This document shows positions 18,011-26,312 of a stretch of DNA of 64,000 nucleotides, one piece after another. This DNA is from Thermomicrobiales bacterium (lineage in GTDB: Bacteria > Chloroflexota > Chloroflexia > Thermomicrobiales > UBA6265), in contig JBHOQQ010000164.1 of assembly GCA_042408955.1 (NCBI GenBank), positions 1,138 to 65,137 of the forward strand, written 5' to 3'. Position 1 is the first letter of the stretch, and every line of letters starts with the position of its first letter. The notes under the pieces are model-generated. The model saw only the letters and a program-made list of their open reading frames with translations, made no database searches and was not told the origin of the DNA. A program made the translations under genes and the position numbers.

Positions 18011-20260
18011 ATGGATCTCGAAGCGCGCGATGCACTCGGGGTAAATGGGCACGAAACCGGTGTCCGGCATGAGCCGGATGCAAAAGGTCGAGCGGCGCTC
18101 GCGTGGCTCAACGCAGAGCTTCGCCAAGCCTTCGCCGCGCTCGTTGACACCGCGACTGGGGCAATCGGGCGGGTTGTCGGGAGCGAGCGGGAGCCAGCCG
18201 GATCGCACCGGTTCTGTATCTGGGCGGCGGATCACGCCCGGACACTCGATGTCGGCCATATTGTCGTTGCCTTTTCGGAAGAGGCCGCGGTCATCGGCGT
18301 GGTGGACGAGCCTCGCCGGTATTCGGACTTGCGAAGCTTCCTTGATGATTATTTCGATCGCCATCTCGAAGCGGCACTGGCGGAGTCGCTGGAGCACGAG
18401 CCGCCGACCAGACGTCCGGAGATCCTCGTCTTTACGGTCAACGTGCTGGCGACGAAGCACCTGCGGGAGGATGTGACATCGCACCGGCCGCCAGTCGCCG
18501 GCCCAGTCTACTTCGCTACACCTCAGGCCATCGAATACGCACTCGGCTGCCAGAACTTCAGCGGCACTCCGATTCCAGCCTTGCTGCACACGAACGGCAA
18601 TGCTGAGCGCCTGCCAAATGGTTCGGAACGGCGCGATGCACAAGGGCGGGTGGTGTTTCAGCGCTCGCCGATTTTGCTGGACGAGGACTACTTGCTGGGG
18701 CCGGAGGCAGGGCATGCAAACTGGACCGGCCAATCAGGCCTGGCGACGAAGACAAGCCACGCCCTGTTCCTCATCAGCGCGATCTTTCAGCGGCTCAAGG
18801 GTGAGGGGACGACGGTCGCAGCTTTGATGTTCAACGTCAAGGGGCCGGACCTGCTCTGGCTCGACAAGCCAGCGGTTCCCGAGGAGGGGATGGCGGATGC
18901 CTACGCGGCCGCGGGCTTCGCCGGCCTGAGCCCTGCCCAGCTTGAAGCTTACGCTGCCCTCGGGTTGCGGCCGGAGCCATTCCGTAACCTGCGCATCTTC
19001 GCGCCGTTCAAGCCGGGATTCGTTCCGCCCGACCCGGTCGTGCATCTCCCGACTGTTGATCGGGCGTGCCTCAATACGTTGCGCAACGCCCCGGCCGAGG
19101 CGCAGTGCGTCTATCCCATCCTCTGGAATCTGAGCCCATTTCTCTGGCGGCCTCACAAGATCTTCGAGCGCGAGGATCTCGATGATAAGCTCTTTGGCTT
19201 GATCGCTGAGATTCGCGATCTGCGCGGCATCGAGACCCTTGCCCAGTTGAACGAGCTTTTTGAGGAGATCGAGGCGTCATTCAGGGAGGCCGAGGAAGCT
19301 GGGGACCGAGAGGGGGCAACGAGCTGGCGCGGTCATCATAAGTTCACCGTGCGCAAGGCGCGCAACCGGTTCAAGAATCTCACCAGCAAATTTGCCGGGC
19401 TCCTGGCCGAGGGCGCGGTTGATTACGGTCAACTGCCCCGAGTGGATGGGCCATTTGAGGATCAGGAGGTGCGGATCGTCGATATTGCCCATTGCAATAC
19501 CAACGTCCAAGAATTGCTCGTCGATGTCATTATTGATCGGATCTGGAAGCTTGCTGAGCAAGGTGAGCGCGCGGCAAAAGACAATCCCGACCGCAAAGAT
19601 AAGGTGCTCGGCGTGGACAAGGTGATCGTCTTCGTTGATGAACTGAACAAATATGCCCCTGGCGGAGCGCAAGGTGGATTGCGCGACACCCTCGTCGATA
19701 TCGCCGCACGCGGGCGCCACCTGAATGTGGTGCTCTTCGGCGCGCAGCAGTTTCGCTCCAAGGTCGAGAGCGAGATTCTCGGCAACTGCGGCACATCGTT
19801 TTACGGGCGGATTGGGGACGAGGAGATCATCAGCCCGTCGTACCGCTCGCTGAGCGACACGCAGAAGGCTGAGCTCCTCGGTTTGCCGAAGGGGCGGTTA
19901 CTAGTTCGGCATGCGCATTTCCGCACTCCTTTGTTCGGCACGTTCCCCCGCCCACCGGTCATTCCTGGCATGGCCGGGCAAAGCGTGTTCAACGACGGCA
20001 GCGCAGCCGGACGGGCAGATACGCACCCTGGTGATGCGCTCTACCATCTGCTCAAGCGGTTCGGTGTGGAGGAGCGCAATCTGAAGGGGCTCGTGCGTAC
20101 CGAAACCGATGGGCTGACCGCAGCGGCGATCGAGCGCATTTGCCGGCAGGTTGAGGTGACCGTCAACAAGCACCGGGGCTCCACTGCCGCCAGCCGGTTC
20201 GATCCCTGGACGGTGGCAAGGCGGGCGATCGCGGACGCGCGGCGGCAAGGCTGGCGCTAG
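18011..20260 (+). CDS. herA: HerA-like (HerA/FtsK-superfamily) ATPase with HAS-barrel-like N-terminus and a C-terminal extension
   Basis: N-terminal barrel-like IGRVVGSE..VGHIVVAF..VIGVVDE. P-loop region NWTGQSGLATKTS (18728-18757). Walker B KVIVFVDELNKY (19622-19642). RGRHLNVVLFGAQQFRS..LGNCGTSFYGRIGD. ATG 18011 follows GAGGGA; the track start is TTG 17993. Confidence 0.7.
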   Translation: MDLEARDALGVNGHETGVRHEPDAKGRAALAWLNAELRQAFAALVDTATGAIGRVVGSEREPAGSHRFCIWAADHARTLDVGHIVVAFSEEAAVIGVVDEPRRYSDLRSFLDDYFDRHLEAALAESLEHEPPTRRPEILVFTVNVLATKHLREDVTSHRPPVAGPVYFATPQAIEYALGCQNFSGTPIPALLHTNGNAERLPNGSERRDAQGRVVFQRSPILLDEDYLLGPEAGHANWTGQSGLATKTSHALFLISAIFQRLKGEGTTVAALMFNVKGPDLLWLDKPAVPEEGMADAYAAAGFAGLSPAQLEAYAALGLRPEPFRNLRIFAPFKPGFVPPDPVVHLPTVDRACLNTLRNAPAEAQCVYPILWNLSPFLWRPHKIFEREDLDDKLFGLIAEIRDLRGIETLAQLNELFEEIEASFREAEEAGDREGATSWRGHHKFTVRKARNRFKNLTSKFAGLLAEGAVDYGQLPRVDGPFEDQEVRIVDIAHCNTNVQELLVDVIIDRIWKLAEQGERAAKDNPDRKDKVLGVDKVIVFVDELNKYAPGGAQGGLRDTLVDIAARGRHLNVVLFGAQQFRSKVESEILGNCGTSFYGRIGDEEIISPSYRSLSDTQKAELLGLPKGRLLVRHAHFRTPLFGTFPRPPVIPGMAGQSVFNDGSAAGRADTHPGDALYHLLKRFGVEERNLKGLVRTETDGLTAAAIERICRQVEVTVNKHRGSTAASRFDPWTVARRAIADARRQGWR

Positions 20261-20380
20261 CGCCGCGCAAGATTCCGGTCTCGCCGCCTATCTTTGCTCG
20301 CCGCGCCTGTGGTACGCTTGCCATAACTGATCTTCCCGCGGTGTCCGCGGCGCCAGCTCCAGCGACGTGAGGAGGCGCCG

Positions 20381-21988
20381 GTGAGCATTTCGATCAAGAC
20401 CTGCCCTACCTGCGGACAGGCAAACCCAGCAACCAACGGATTCTGCCCCAACTGTGGCGAGGTGATCACCGGTGTGACGCCGGTTGTCCGGCCTGGCCAA
20501 GCCGCCCATGGGTTTTTCGCTATCCCTGCCTATCTGCGGATGCCTCCCCGCCGCCGGCGGCCTGTCGACAATGTTGGGGGCGGTGGCTTCATCTGGCTGG
20601 GTTTTTTGCTCATTAGCATTCCCATTCTTCTGTCGCATGCGTCGCCACTCGCGTTTGGGCTCTGGATTTTCGGGATTCTGCTGGTTATCACCGGCTTCTG
20701 GCGCTTGCGGATCGATCCTCATGCCTTTGGCCGGGCCGGATTGACCACCAACGCCATCGGGTTGCTCGCGCTGGCGGGAGTTGTCGCGCAAGTGGCACGG
20801 ACGGCGGGTGAGCCCGCTGGGCGAGCCATGGTGGCCCCGGTTTCACCCCCAACGGTAACGGCAACGCCGGATTGGATGGTCACGGCAGGGAGCAGCCCTA
20901 CCCCAGTCGCTAAGCGCTGGGGAGCGGTGCCGATGTTTCGTGGTGAGCCATCTCACTCGGGACTGCACCCTGGACCAGGGCCAGCGGGCAATCCGTATCG
21001 CAAGTGGCGCTATGACACGGGCGGCGAGGTGCGGTCCTCCCCTGCTGTTGCCGACGGCACGGTGTTCGTTGGCAGCCATGGAGGTCTGTTATACGCCTTC
21101 GATGCGGCGTCTGGTCAGTTGCGGTGGTATTTCGATCTTGGTGGCTACCCCGTGCGCTCCTCACCTGCTGTCGTTGATGGACAAGTGTTCATCGGCGGTG
21201 GCTACGCGCTGTACGCGCTCGACGCAGCAACCGGCCAAGTGCGCTGGCGATTTGCCATGCGCTATGCTGGCGAATCCTCCCCAACCGTTGCCGATGGCGT
21301 GGTCTACACCGCGAGCAAGGAGTCGCTGGTCTACGCTGTCGATGCGGCGACCGGCGCGGAAAAATGGCATTTCCAAACGGAAGGGCTCATCTTCTCCTCG
21401 CCGGCTGTCGCTCAGGGGCTCGTGCTGATTGGCAGCGACGACGGCAATCTCTATGCGATTGATGCCAAGTCCGGACAGAGCCGCTGGCGATTTGCCGTCG
21501 GTGGTGAGGTGTATTCCTCTCCGGCGGTTGCTGGCGACCGGGTCTTCGTGGTTGGCAAGAATCACTCCACCTTTGCAGTCGATCTGCGAACCGGCAAGCC
21601 GGTCTGGCATTATCCGGTCGGTGGAGATTCATCTCCAGCGATCGCTGGTGGCATCCTCTACGTTGGTGCCGAGGATGGTGGTGTCTACGCGCTTGACGCG
21701 GCCACAGGCACATTGCGGTGGCTCTATCCGACGGGGCGCCCAATCCGCGGCTCACCAGTGGTGGCTGACGGGGTGCTGTACGTGCCAAGCGGCCTGACGC
21801 TCTTCGCCCTCGATGCTATCAATGGTCAAGAACGGTGGAAATATCCCGTCGGTGACACCATCGGCGGTTCGCCAGCGGTTGTCGATGGCGTCGTCTACGT
21901 GGGCGATGCGAGCGGCTATCTCTATGCACTCGCCGGTGACGGCGATGTGACCGGCGCCTCGTTGCGTGGGCCTGAAGACTCGCGCTGA
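20381..21988 (+). CDS. Zinc-ribbon / transmembrane / PQQ-like beta-propeller repeat protein
   Basis: CPTCGQANPATNGFCPNCG (20402-20455), then 3 hydrophobic spans. About eight repeats of SSPAV.DG.V(F/Y)(V/I)G...G.LYA(L/F/I)DA.(T/S)G...W follow. GTG start after GAGGAGG. Confidence 0.8.
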   Translation: MSISIKTCPTCGQANPATNGFCPNCGEVITGVTPVVRPGQAAHGFFAIPAYLRMPPRRRRPVDNVGGGGFIWLGFLLISIPILLSHASPLAFGLWIFGILLVITGFWRLRIDPHAFGRAGLTTNAIGLLALAGVVAQVARTAGEPAGRAMVAPVSPPTVTATPDWMVTAGSSPTPVAKRWGAVPMFRGEPSHSGLHPGPGPAGNPYRKWRYDTGGEVRSSPAVADGTVFVGSHGGLLYAFDAASGQLRWYFDLGGYPVRSSPAVVDGQVFIGGGYALYALDAATGQVRWRFAMRYAGESSPTVADGVVYTASKESLVYAVDAATGAEKWHFQTEGLIFSSPAVAQGLVLIGSDDGNLYAIDAKSGQSRWRFAVGGEVYSSPAVAGDRVFVVGKNHSTFAVDLRTGKPVWHYPVGGDSSPAIAGGILYVGAEDGGVYALDAATGTLRWLYPTGRPIRGSPVVADGVLYVPSGLTLFALDAINGQERWKYPVGDTIGGSPAVVDGVVYVGDASGYLYALAGDGDVTGASLRGPEDSR

Positions 21989-22042
21989 CCGCACAAACCC
22001 AACAGCAGCCGTCTCTTTCTCGCACCGATCTCCATTCGTTGC

Positions 22043-22074
22043 CCTGCCCCCGCCGGCAGAGGGCGGGGGGCAGG
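22043..22074. terminator. GC-rich hairpin between convergent genes (possible bidirectional terminator)
   Basis: CCTGCCCCCGCC (22043-22054), loop GGCAGA(G), then GGCGGGGGGCAGG (one extra G). It lies 55 nt after the + gene stop and 78 nt after the - gene stop. No U-tract. Confidence 0.4.
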
Positions 22075-22079
22075 AGTCA

Positions 22080-22136
22080 GGGGTTGATGTGGGGGCTGGG
22101 GGTTGGGGAAGCTCGAAGCTCGGAACTTGAAGCTCC
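22080..22136 (+). repeat. Composite G-tract / AAGCTCGAAGCTC element (second copy)
   Basis: GGGG-N7-GGGGG-CT-GGGGG-TT-GGGG (22080-22108), then AAGCTCGAAGCTCGGAACTTGAAGCTCC, preceded by CAGGAGTCAG. Confidence 0.55.
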
Positions 22137-22151
22137 CTCCAGCCCGATTCC

Positions 22152-23540
22152 TCAATAATGAATCACGACTGGCGTGCCAATCGGCGTCCACCAAAAGAGC
22201 CATTCGGCGAAGCTGACCGGCAGATTGACGCAGCCGTGGCTCATCACGTGTCCGAAGTTGTTATGCCAGTAGGCCCCGTGAATCGCGTGCCCCCAATTCG
22301 TGAAATACATCACCCATGGCACATTCGGCACGTAGTAACACTCACCTTGGATGCAACCGGACATCGTCTGGCTCACGAGCTTCGTGTTGATGTACCAGGT
22401 GCCGGTTGGCGTATCGAACCCAGGCCGGCCTGTGCTCACATACGAGCCGGCGATCCAGGTATTTCCTTGCCAGACGTTCATGTATTGCGTGCTGAGATTA
22501 ACCTCGATCCACTTACCGCCGCCGAACGGCTCGGGTGGCGCCGCTGGGCAGCGCTTCGTGATCGTGCCGGCGGATGTGACAACCCTGACCCCCTCGTCAT
22601 CATAGGCGGAGTTCGTCAGGATGTAATCGTGAGTCAGCACATACGAGCCTGTTGCGCCAGCCCCAGCCTGCCACAGGCGCGTACCCCCGGCTTTCAGTGT
22701 CGCGTTGACGGGGAATGGCTCGGCGGAAGTTGGCGCATACAGCGTGCCGATCGAGATGACGACGACAGGCCCTTGGCCGTTGTTTGTGACACGGATCCGC
22801 TCCGGCTCAGAGGTGCAATTGATCGTAACCTTGATGTCGCTCAGCGAGACGGGCGGAGGCGGAGGTGGCGCCGCTGGGCAGCGCGTTTCGAGCGTGCCCA
22901 CCGACGTCACGACGCGAACACCCTCCGCGTCATATGCCGAGTTGGTAAGCATGAGCTTGGGGCTCAACACGAAGCTGCCGGTTGCGGCTGAGCCTGCTTG
23001 CCAGAGGCGCGTTCCTCCGGCGGGCAGCCGGTAATCCACCTGGAAGAACTCGGTCGGGGCGTATAAGGTCTCGATGGACTGCACGATGACCGCCACGGCC
23101 CCGTTATTGGTCACCCGGATGCGCTCCGGGTTCGAAGTACAGTTGATCGTCAATGCCAACTGGTCGATGGTCACGGCCGGGGTGGCTGTTGCCGCCGGCG
23201 TGTCCGTTGGAGTTGCGGCTGGCGTCTCCGTCGGTGTCTCGGTTGGCGATTCGGTCGGGGTTTCGACCGTCGCGGAAGGCGACGCTTCGGTTGAGGGCGT
23301 AGCGTCCGCAGCATTGGTTGAAGATGGGGAAGCCTCGGCGCCCACCGGAGTTGCGTCATCGGCGGCGCTCACCTCGGCGGCGGGTGAGCCGCTCTCCGTG
23401 GGCGTGGCGTCTTGATCGTCCGGCGCAAGCCATGCTTGGTCGGGATCCTGCGCGAAGGCAGGTGGAACCACCCGCACGCTTCCGAGAAGCGGTGCTAGCA
23501 CCAGCACCGCGACCACCGCCCAGACGATATGGCGCCGCAT
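22152..23540 (-). CDS. L,D-transpeptidase (YkuD domain) with signal peptide, Thr/Pro/Glu-rich linker and two tandem copies of an unknown ~108-aa domain
   Basis: C-terminal YkuD: KWIEVNLSTQYMNVWQGNTWIAGSYVSTGRPGFDTPTG...HGAYWHNNFGHVMSHGCVNLP. Start ATG 23540 (MRRHIVWAVVAVLVLAPLLG); the track start is 23636. Confidence 0.85.
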   Translation of the reverse strand: MRRHIVWAVVAVLVLAPLLGSVRVVPPAFAQDPDQAWLAPDDQDATPTESGSPAAEVSAADDATPVGAEASPSSTNAADATPSTEASPSATVETPTESPTETPTETPAATPTDTPAATATPAVTIDQLALTINCTSNPERIRVTNNGAVAVIVQSIETLYAPTEFFQVDYRLPAGGTRLWQAGSAATGSFVLSPKLMLTNSAYDAEGVRVVTSVGTLETRCPAAPPPPPPVSLSDIKVTINCTSEPERIRVTNNGQGPVVVISIGTLYAPTSAEPFPVNATLKAGGTRLWQAGAGATGSYVLTHDYILTNSAYDDEGVRVVTSAGTITKRCPAAPPEPFGGGKWIEVNLSTQYMNVWQGNTWIAGSYVSTGRPGFDTPTGTWYINTKLVSQTMSGCIQGECYYVPNVPWVMYFTNWGHAIHGAYWHNNFGHVMSHGCVNLPVSFAEWLFWWTPIGTPVVIHY

Positions 23541-23915
23541 CGCCCTTGCCCCTATCACACTCACGCCCAGCCCGTTCCCGCAGCGTGATGTCCCGATCAC
23601 GCCGCTCCTTGAGAGCATTCTACACGCCCCATCCACTGCAACGCGCGGCGTGACCAGGGCGTTTCGTCATGATCCTAGCAGATGCGAAGCGATGACGTCG
23701 GCATTCAAGCGCCAGTGGATCAACGCGCTGTGGATCGCTCAGCTTGTTCTCCATCAAGGCAGGACGGCGACCGTGCCGCCGGTCCTCGGCGGCGAAACGA
23801 AGGCGGCGATCGCCAAGCGGTGCCAGGCTGCGCTGTGGATCGCCGCCAGGATGCTCACGGGCAGCGCATCTGCCCTCTTCTCACGGATGCGCCGGTCAAC
23901 GACGTCGGAACGCGC

Positions 23916-24968
23916 CTAGGATGCTTGGAAAAGCCCAACAGCGCCGTGACTTGCGTGGCCGAAGGCGTGATTTACGAAGGGGTAGGTGCCTGGCTCGTCC
24001 AGGGTAAACTCCACAACGGCGCCGTCACCAGGGCCGATCGTTACCGACTGCAGACCGACGAGCTTGTTGGCCCGGTTGCCATTGACATAGACCGCATCAA
24101 ACACTGTGCCGACCACATGGAAGCTTGACCAGACGTTGGGACCGGCATTGACGACAAAGACGCGGATCGGCGCCTTGACCTCCACCGCGATTGGGTTCTC
24201 GACGTACTGGTTCGCGTAGCCATTGAAAACGCAGTAGTCCATGGTGCCGTTGCCGACCATCTTCGTGTAATCAGGCACCATCACCCCGTTGCCGGCGTCC
24301 TTCACGTAGTACTCACTCTGAACGAAGGCGAATTCCTGAGCTGGAGACCAGCCTTCCTTGGGATCAACGATCATCGCGCCATACATGCCAGCGCCGATAT
24401 GCATGAGGATGGGCGGCGTGCCGCAATGGTACATGAAGGTTCCAGGATACTTGGCCTCAAAGGTGAAGCTTAGTTCCTCACCTGGCATGATGGTGCGGTA
24501 ATTCTTGTCCGGCGCGGTCTTGGCTGAATGGAAGTCGAGCGAGTGAGCCGTGGTGGCAGAAGGATCGACTTTAAAGGTGAAGTTGATCGTGTCCCCTTCG
24601 ACCACACGGAGCATGCGGCCAGGAATGGTGCCGTCAAACGTCCACGCGGAGTAAGCGACATCCTTGGCGATATAGCGAACGACGTCCTTCGCAACGACGG
24701 TAATCTCTTTTGACCCTGCTTGAACGGGTGGCAAGACCGGATCATAGAGGGTAAAAGGCTCCACGGCCTGTGCAGATGGAGCAGCCATTGCCATATCATG
24801 CCCGTCGTCAGCAGCCGCTTGCTGTGTGATCCCCACGACGCCGAGGGCAGGCAACGCGAGCCCCACCCCCGCGATATGCCGGAAGAGCGACCGCCGGTCG
24901 GCCCGCAGTCCCGGCACACCAGCCAGCAATTGATCAATCGTGTCTCCGGTTACCACCCGTGTCTTCAT
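23916..24968 (-). CDS. nirK: Copper-containing nitrite reductase (NirK), Tat signal
   Basis: AHSLDFHSA and YHCGTPPILMHIGAGMYGAMIVDP (H-C-x8-H-x4-M type-1 Cu plus type-2 His), and later SSFHVVGTVFD. Tat motif LRADRRSLFRHIAG. ATG 24968 has GGAGGG 6 nt upstream; the track start is 25103. Confidence 0.85.
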   Translation of the reverse strand: MKTRVVTGDTIDQLLAGVPGLRADRRSLFRHIAGVGLALPALGVVGITQQAAADDGHDMAMAAPSAQAVEPFTLYDPVLPPVQAGSKEITVVAKDVVRYIAKDVAYSAWTFDGTIPGRMLRVVEGDTINFTFKVDPSATTAHSLDFHSAKTAPDKNYRTIMPGEELSFTFEAKYPGTFMYHCGTPPILMHIGAGMYGAMIVDPKEGWSPAQEFAFVQSEYYVKDAGNGVMVPDYTKMVGNGTMDYCVFNGYANQYVENPIAVEVKAPIRVFVVNAGPNVWSSFHVVGTVFDAVYVNGNRANKLVGLQSVTIGPGDGAVVEFTLDEPGTYPFVNHAFGHASHGAVGLFQAS

Positions 24969-25199
24969 TGAGCCCTCCATAAACCTGCACAAAACCACGC
25001 CACATCGGAGCGGCGCTCTTCCTATCGTTGAAGCCATGGTGCCAGGGCAGGCGTTGCAGTCGCATTGCTGAGTGGCAAGATCGGAATTGCAAAAACGTGA
25101 CAAAGTCGCCCGCGAGATGCATGACCGTTCGATGTGCTCAGTGGATTCGGCTCGTGGACAGGGCTGCCGCGCTGGCTACGCTGCCGGCGTCATTGCCGC

Positions 25200-26312
25200 C
25201 TATTTGATGGCCACGACCGGTGGAGGCGCGTAGGCGCAGGCAGGGTCAGCTTCAAGGAAATCGCCGGTGTGCACGTATGCGCGCGAACGAGAGCCGCCGC
25301 AAAGGCGCTTGTAGGGGCAGCGTCCACATTTGCCTTTGAGCTGGTCAGGGGCTCGGAGCGCCAGGAAGACCGGGTGGTTCCGGTAGAGATCGACCACCGA
25401 GGCGGTGCGAACGTTGCCAGTCACGATTGGCAGGAAGCCGCTTGGGCACACATCTCCGGTGTGAGACACAAAGCAGAAGCCGTTGCCAGCGTTCACTGCC
25501 TTTGGTGCACGGCCGATGCCATCACCAGCCGCGTAGCCCAGCCCGCGTGTCGCCGTGCTGTCATGTTGGAGTGCAACGCGCCGGTAGTGGTAGCCCTCCG
25601 TCAATTTGAGCTCCCAGCGAGCGGTCTTTTGCCGCTCTGCGAGCCAGTGAAAGACGGCTTCGTACTCGTCCGGGCTCAGCTCATCGGCAATGCGCCCCCG
25701 GCCTGTGGGGACCAGGCAGAAGACAGCCCAAACGACAGCACCAAGCTCTTCAACGAGACTGGCGATCGCCGGAAGGTCATCACGTGTCTGACGCGCGAGC
25801 GTCGTGTGGATTTGCACCGGCAGGTCGAGCTTCCATGCCGTGCGGAGAATTGCCTGAGTCCAAGCGAAGGACCCTGCCACGCGCCGGAAGCCGTCGTGAC
25901 GCTCTGGCGTCGAGCCATCAAGACTGACCGCGATGCGCTGGACACCGGCGTCGCGGGCGGCAGCGAGACGGGCTGGGCTGGCCAGCGGTGTACCGGCTGG
26001 CGTGAGGGTGCAGCGTATGCCGCGATCCGTGGCGTAGCGGATCAGATTGATCAGGTCCGGCCGGCGCATTGGGTCGCCGCCGGTCAGGATGAGCACTGGT
26101 GGAGTGTCAAACGATGCGATGTCATCAATCAGGCGCATCGCTTCGTTTGTAGAGAGCTCGGCAGGATCGCGCCTGAGCTGGGCTTCGGCCCGGCAGTGAA
26201 CGCACGCAAGATTGCAGGCGCGGGTCAGCTCCCAGGCCAATACAAAGGGTTGCCGCGAGAAATTAAAGCTTGTCAACGCCGGACGAGTTGGTGCGCCGGC
26301 CTTGCTCACCAT
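25200..26312 (-). CDS. Radical SAM / SPASM-domain protein, AhbD/NirJ-like
   Basis: FVLAWELTRACNLACVHCRAEA (CxxxCxxC), LILTGGDPMRRPDL, VFCLVPTGRG, and the C-terminal Cys cluster GNGFCFVSHTGDVCPSGFLP...KCGRCPYKRLCGGSRSRAY. SD GGAGGA lies before the ATG. Confidence 0.85.
   Translation of the reverse strand: MVSKAGAPTRPALTSFNFSRQPFVLAWELTRACNLACVHCRAEAQLRRDPAELSTNEAMRLIDDIASFDTPPVLILTGGDPMRRPDLINLIRYATDRGIRCTLTPAGTPLASPARLAAARDAGVQRIAVSLDGSTPERHDGFRRVAGSFAWTQAILRTAWKLDLPVQIHTTLARQTRDDLPAIASLVEELGAVVWAVFCLVPTGRGRIADELSPDEYEAVFHWLAERQKTARWELKLTEGYHYRRVALQHDSTATRGLGYAAGDGIGRAPKAVNAGNGFCFVSHTGDVCPSGFLPIVTGNVRTASVVDLYRNHPVFLALRAPDQLKGKCGRCPYKRLCGGSRSRAYVHTGDFLEADPACAYAPPPVVAIK

Noticed and set aside
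20196-20206. GGTTCGATCCC, a tRNA T-arm-like word
   Set aside because: It lies inside the HerA-like coding frame (..SRFDPWT..). The flanks cannot form T-stem, acceptor or anticodon arms.
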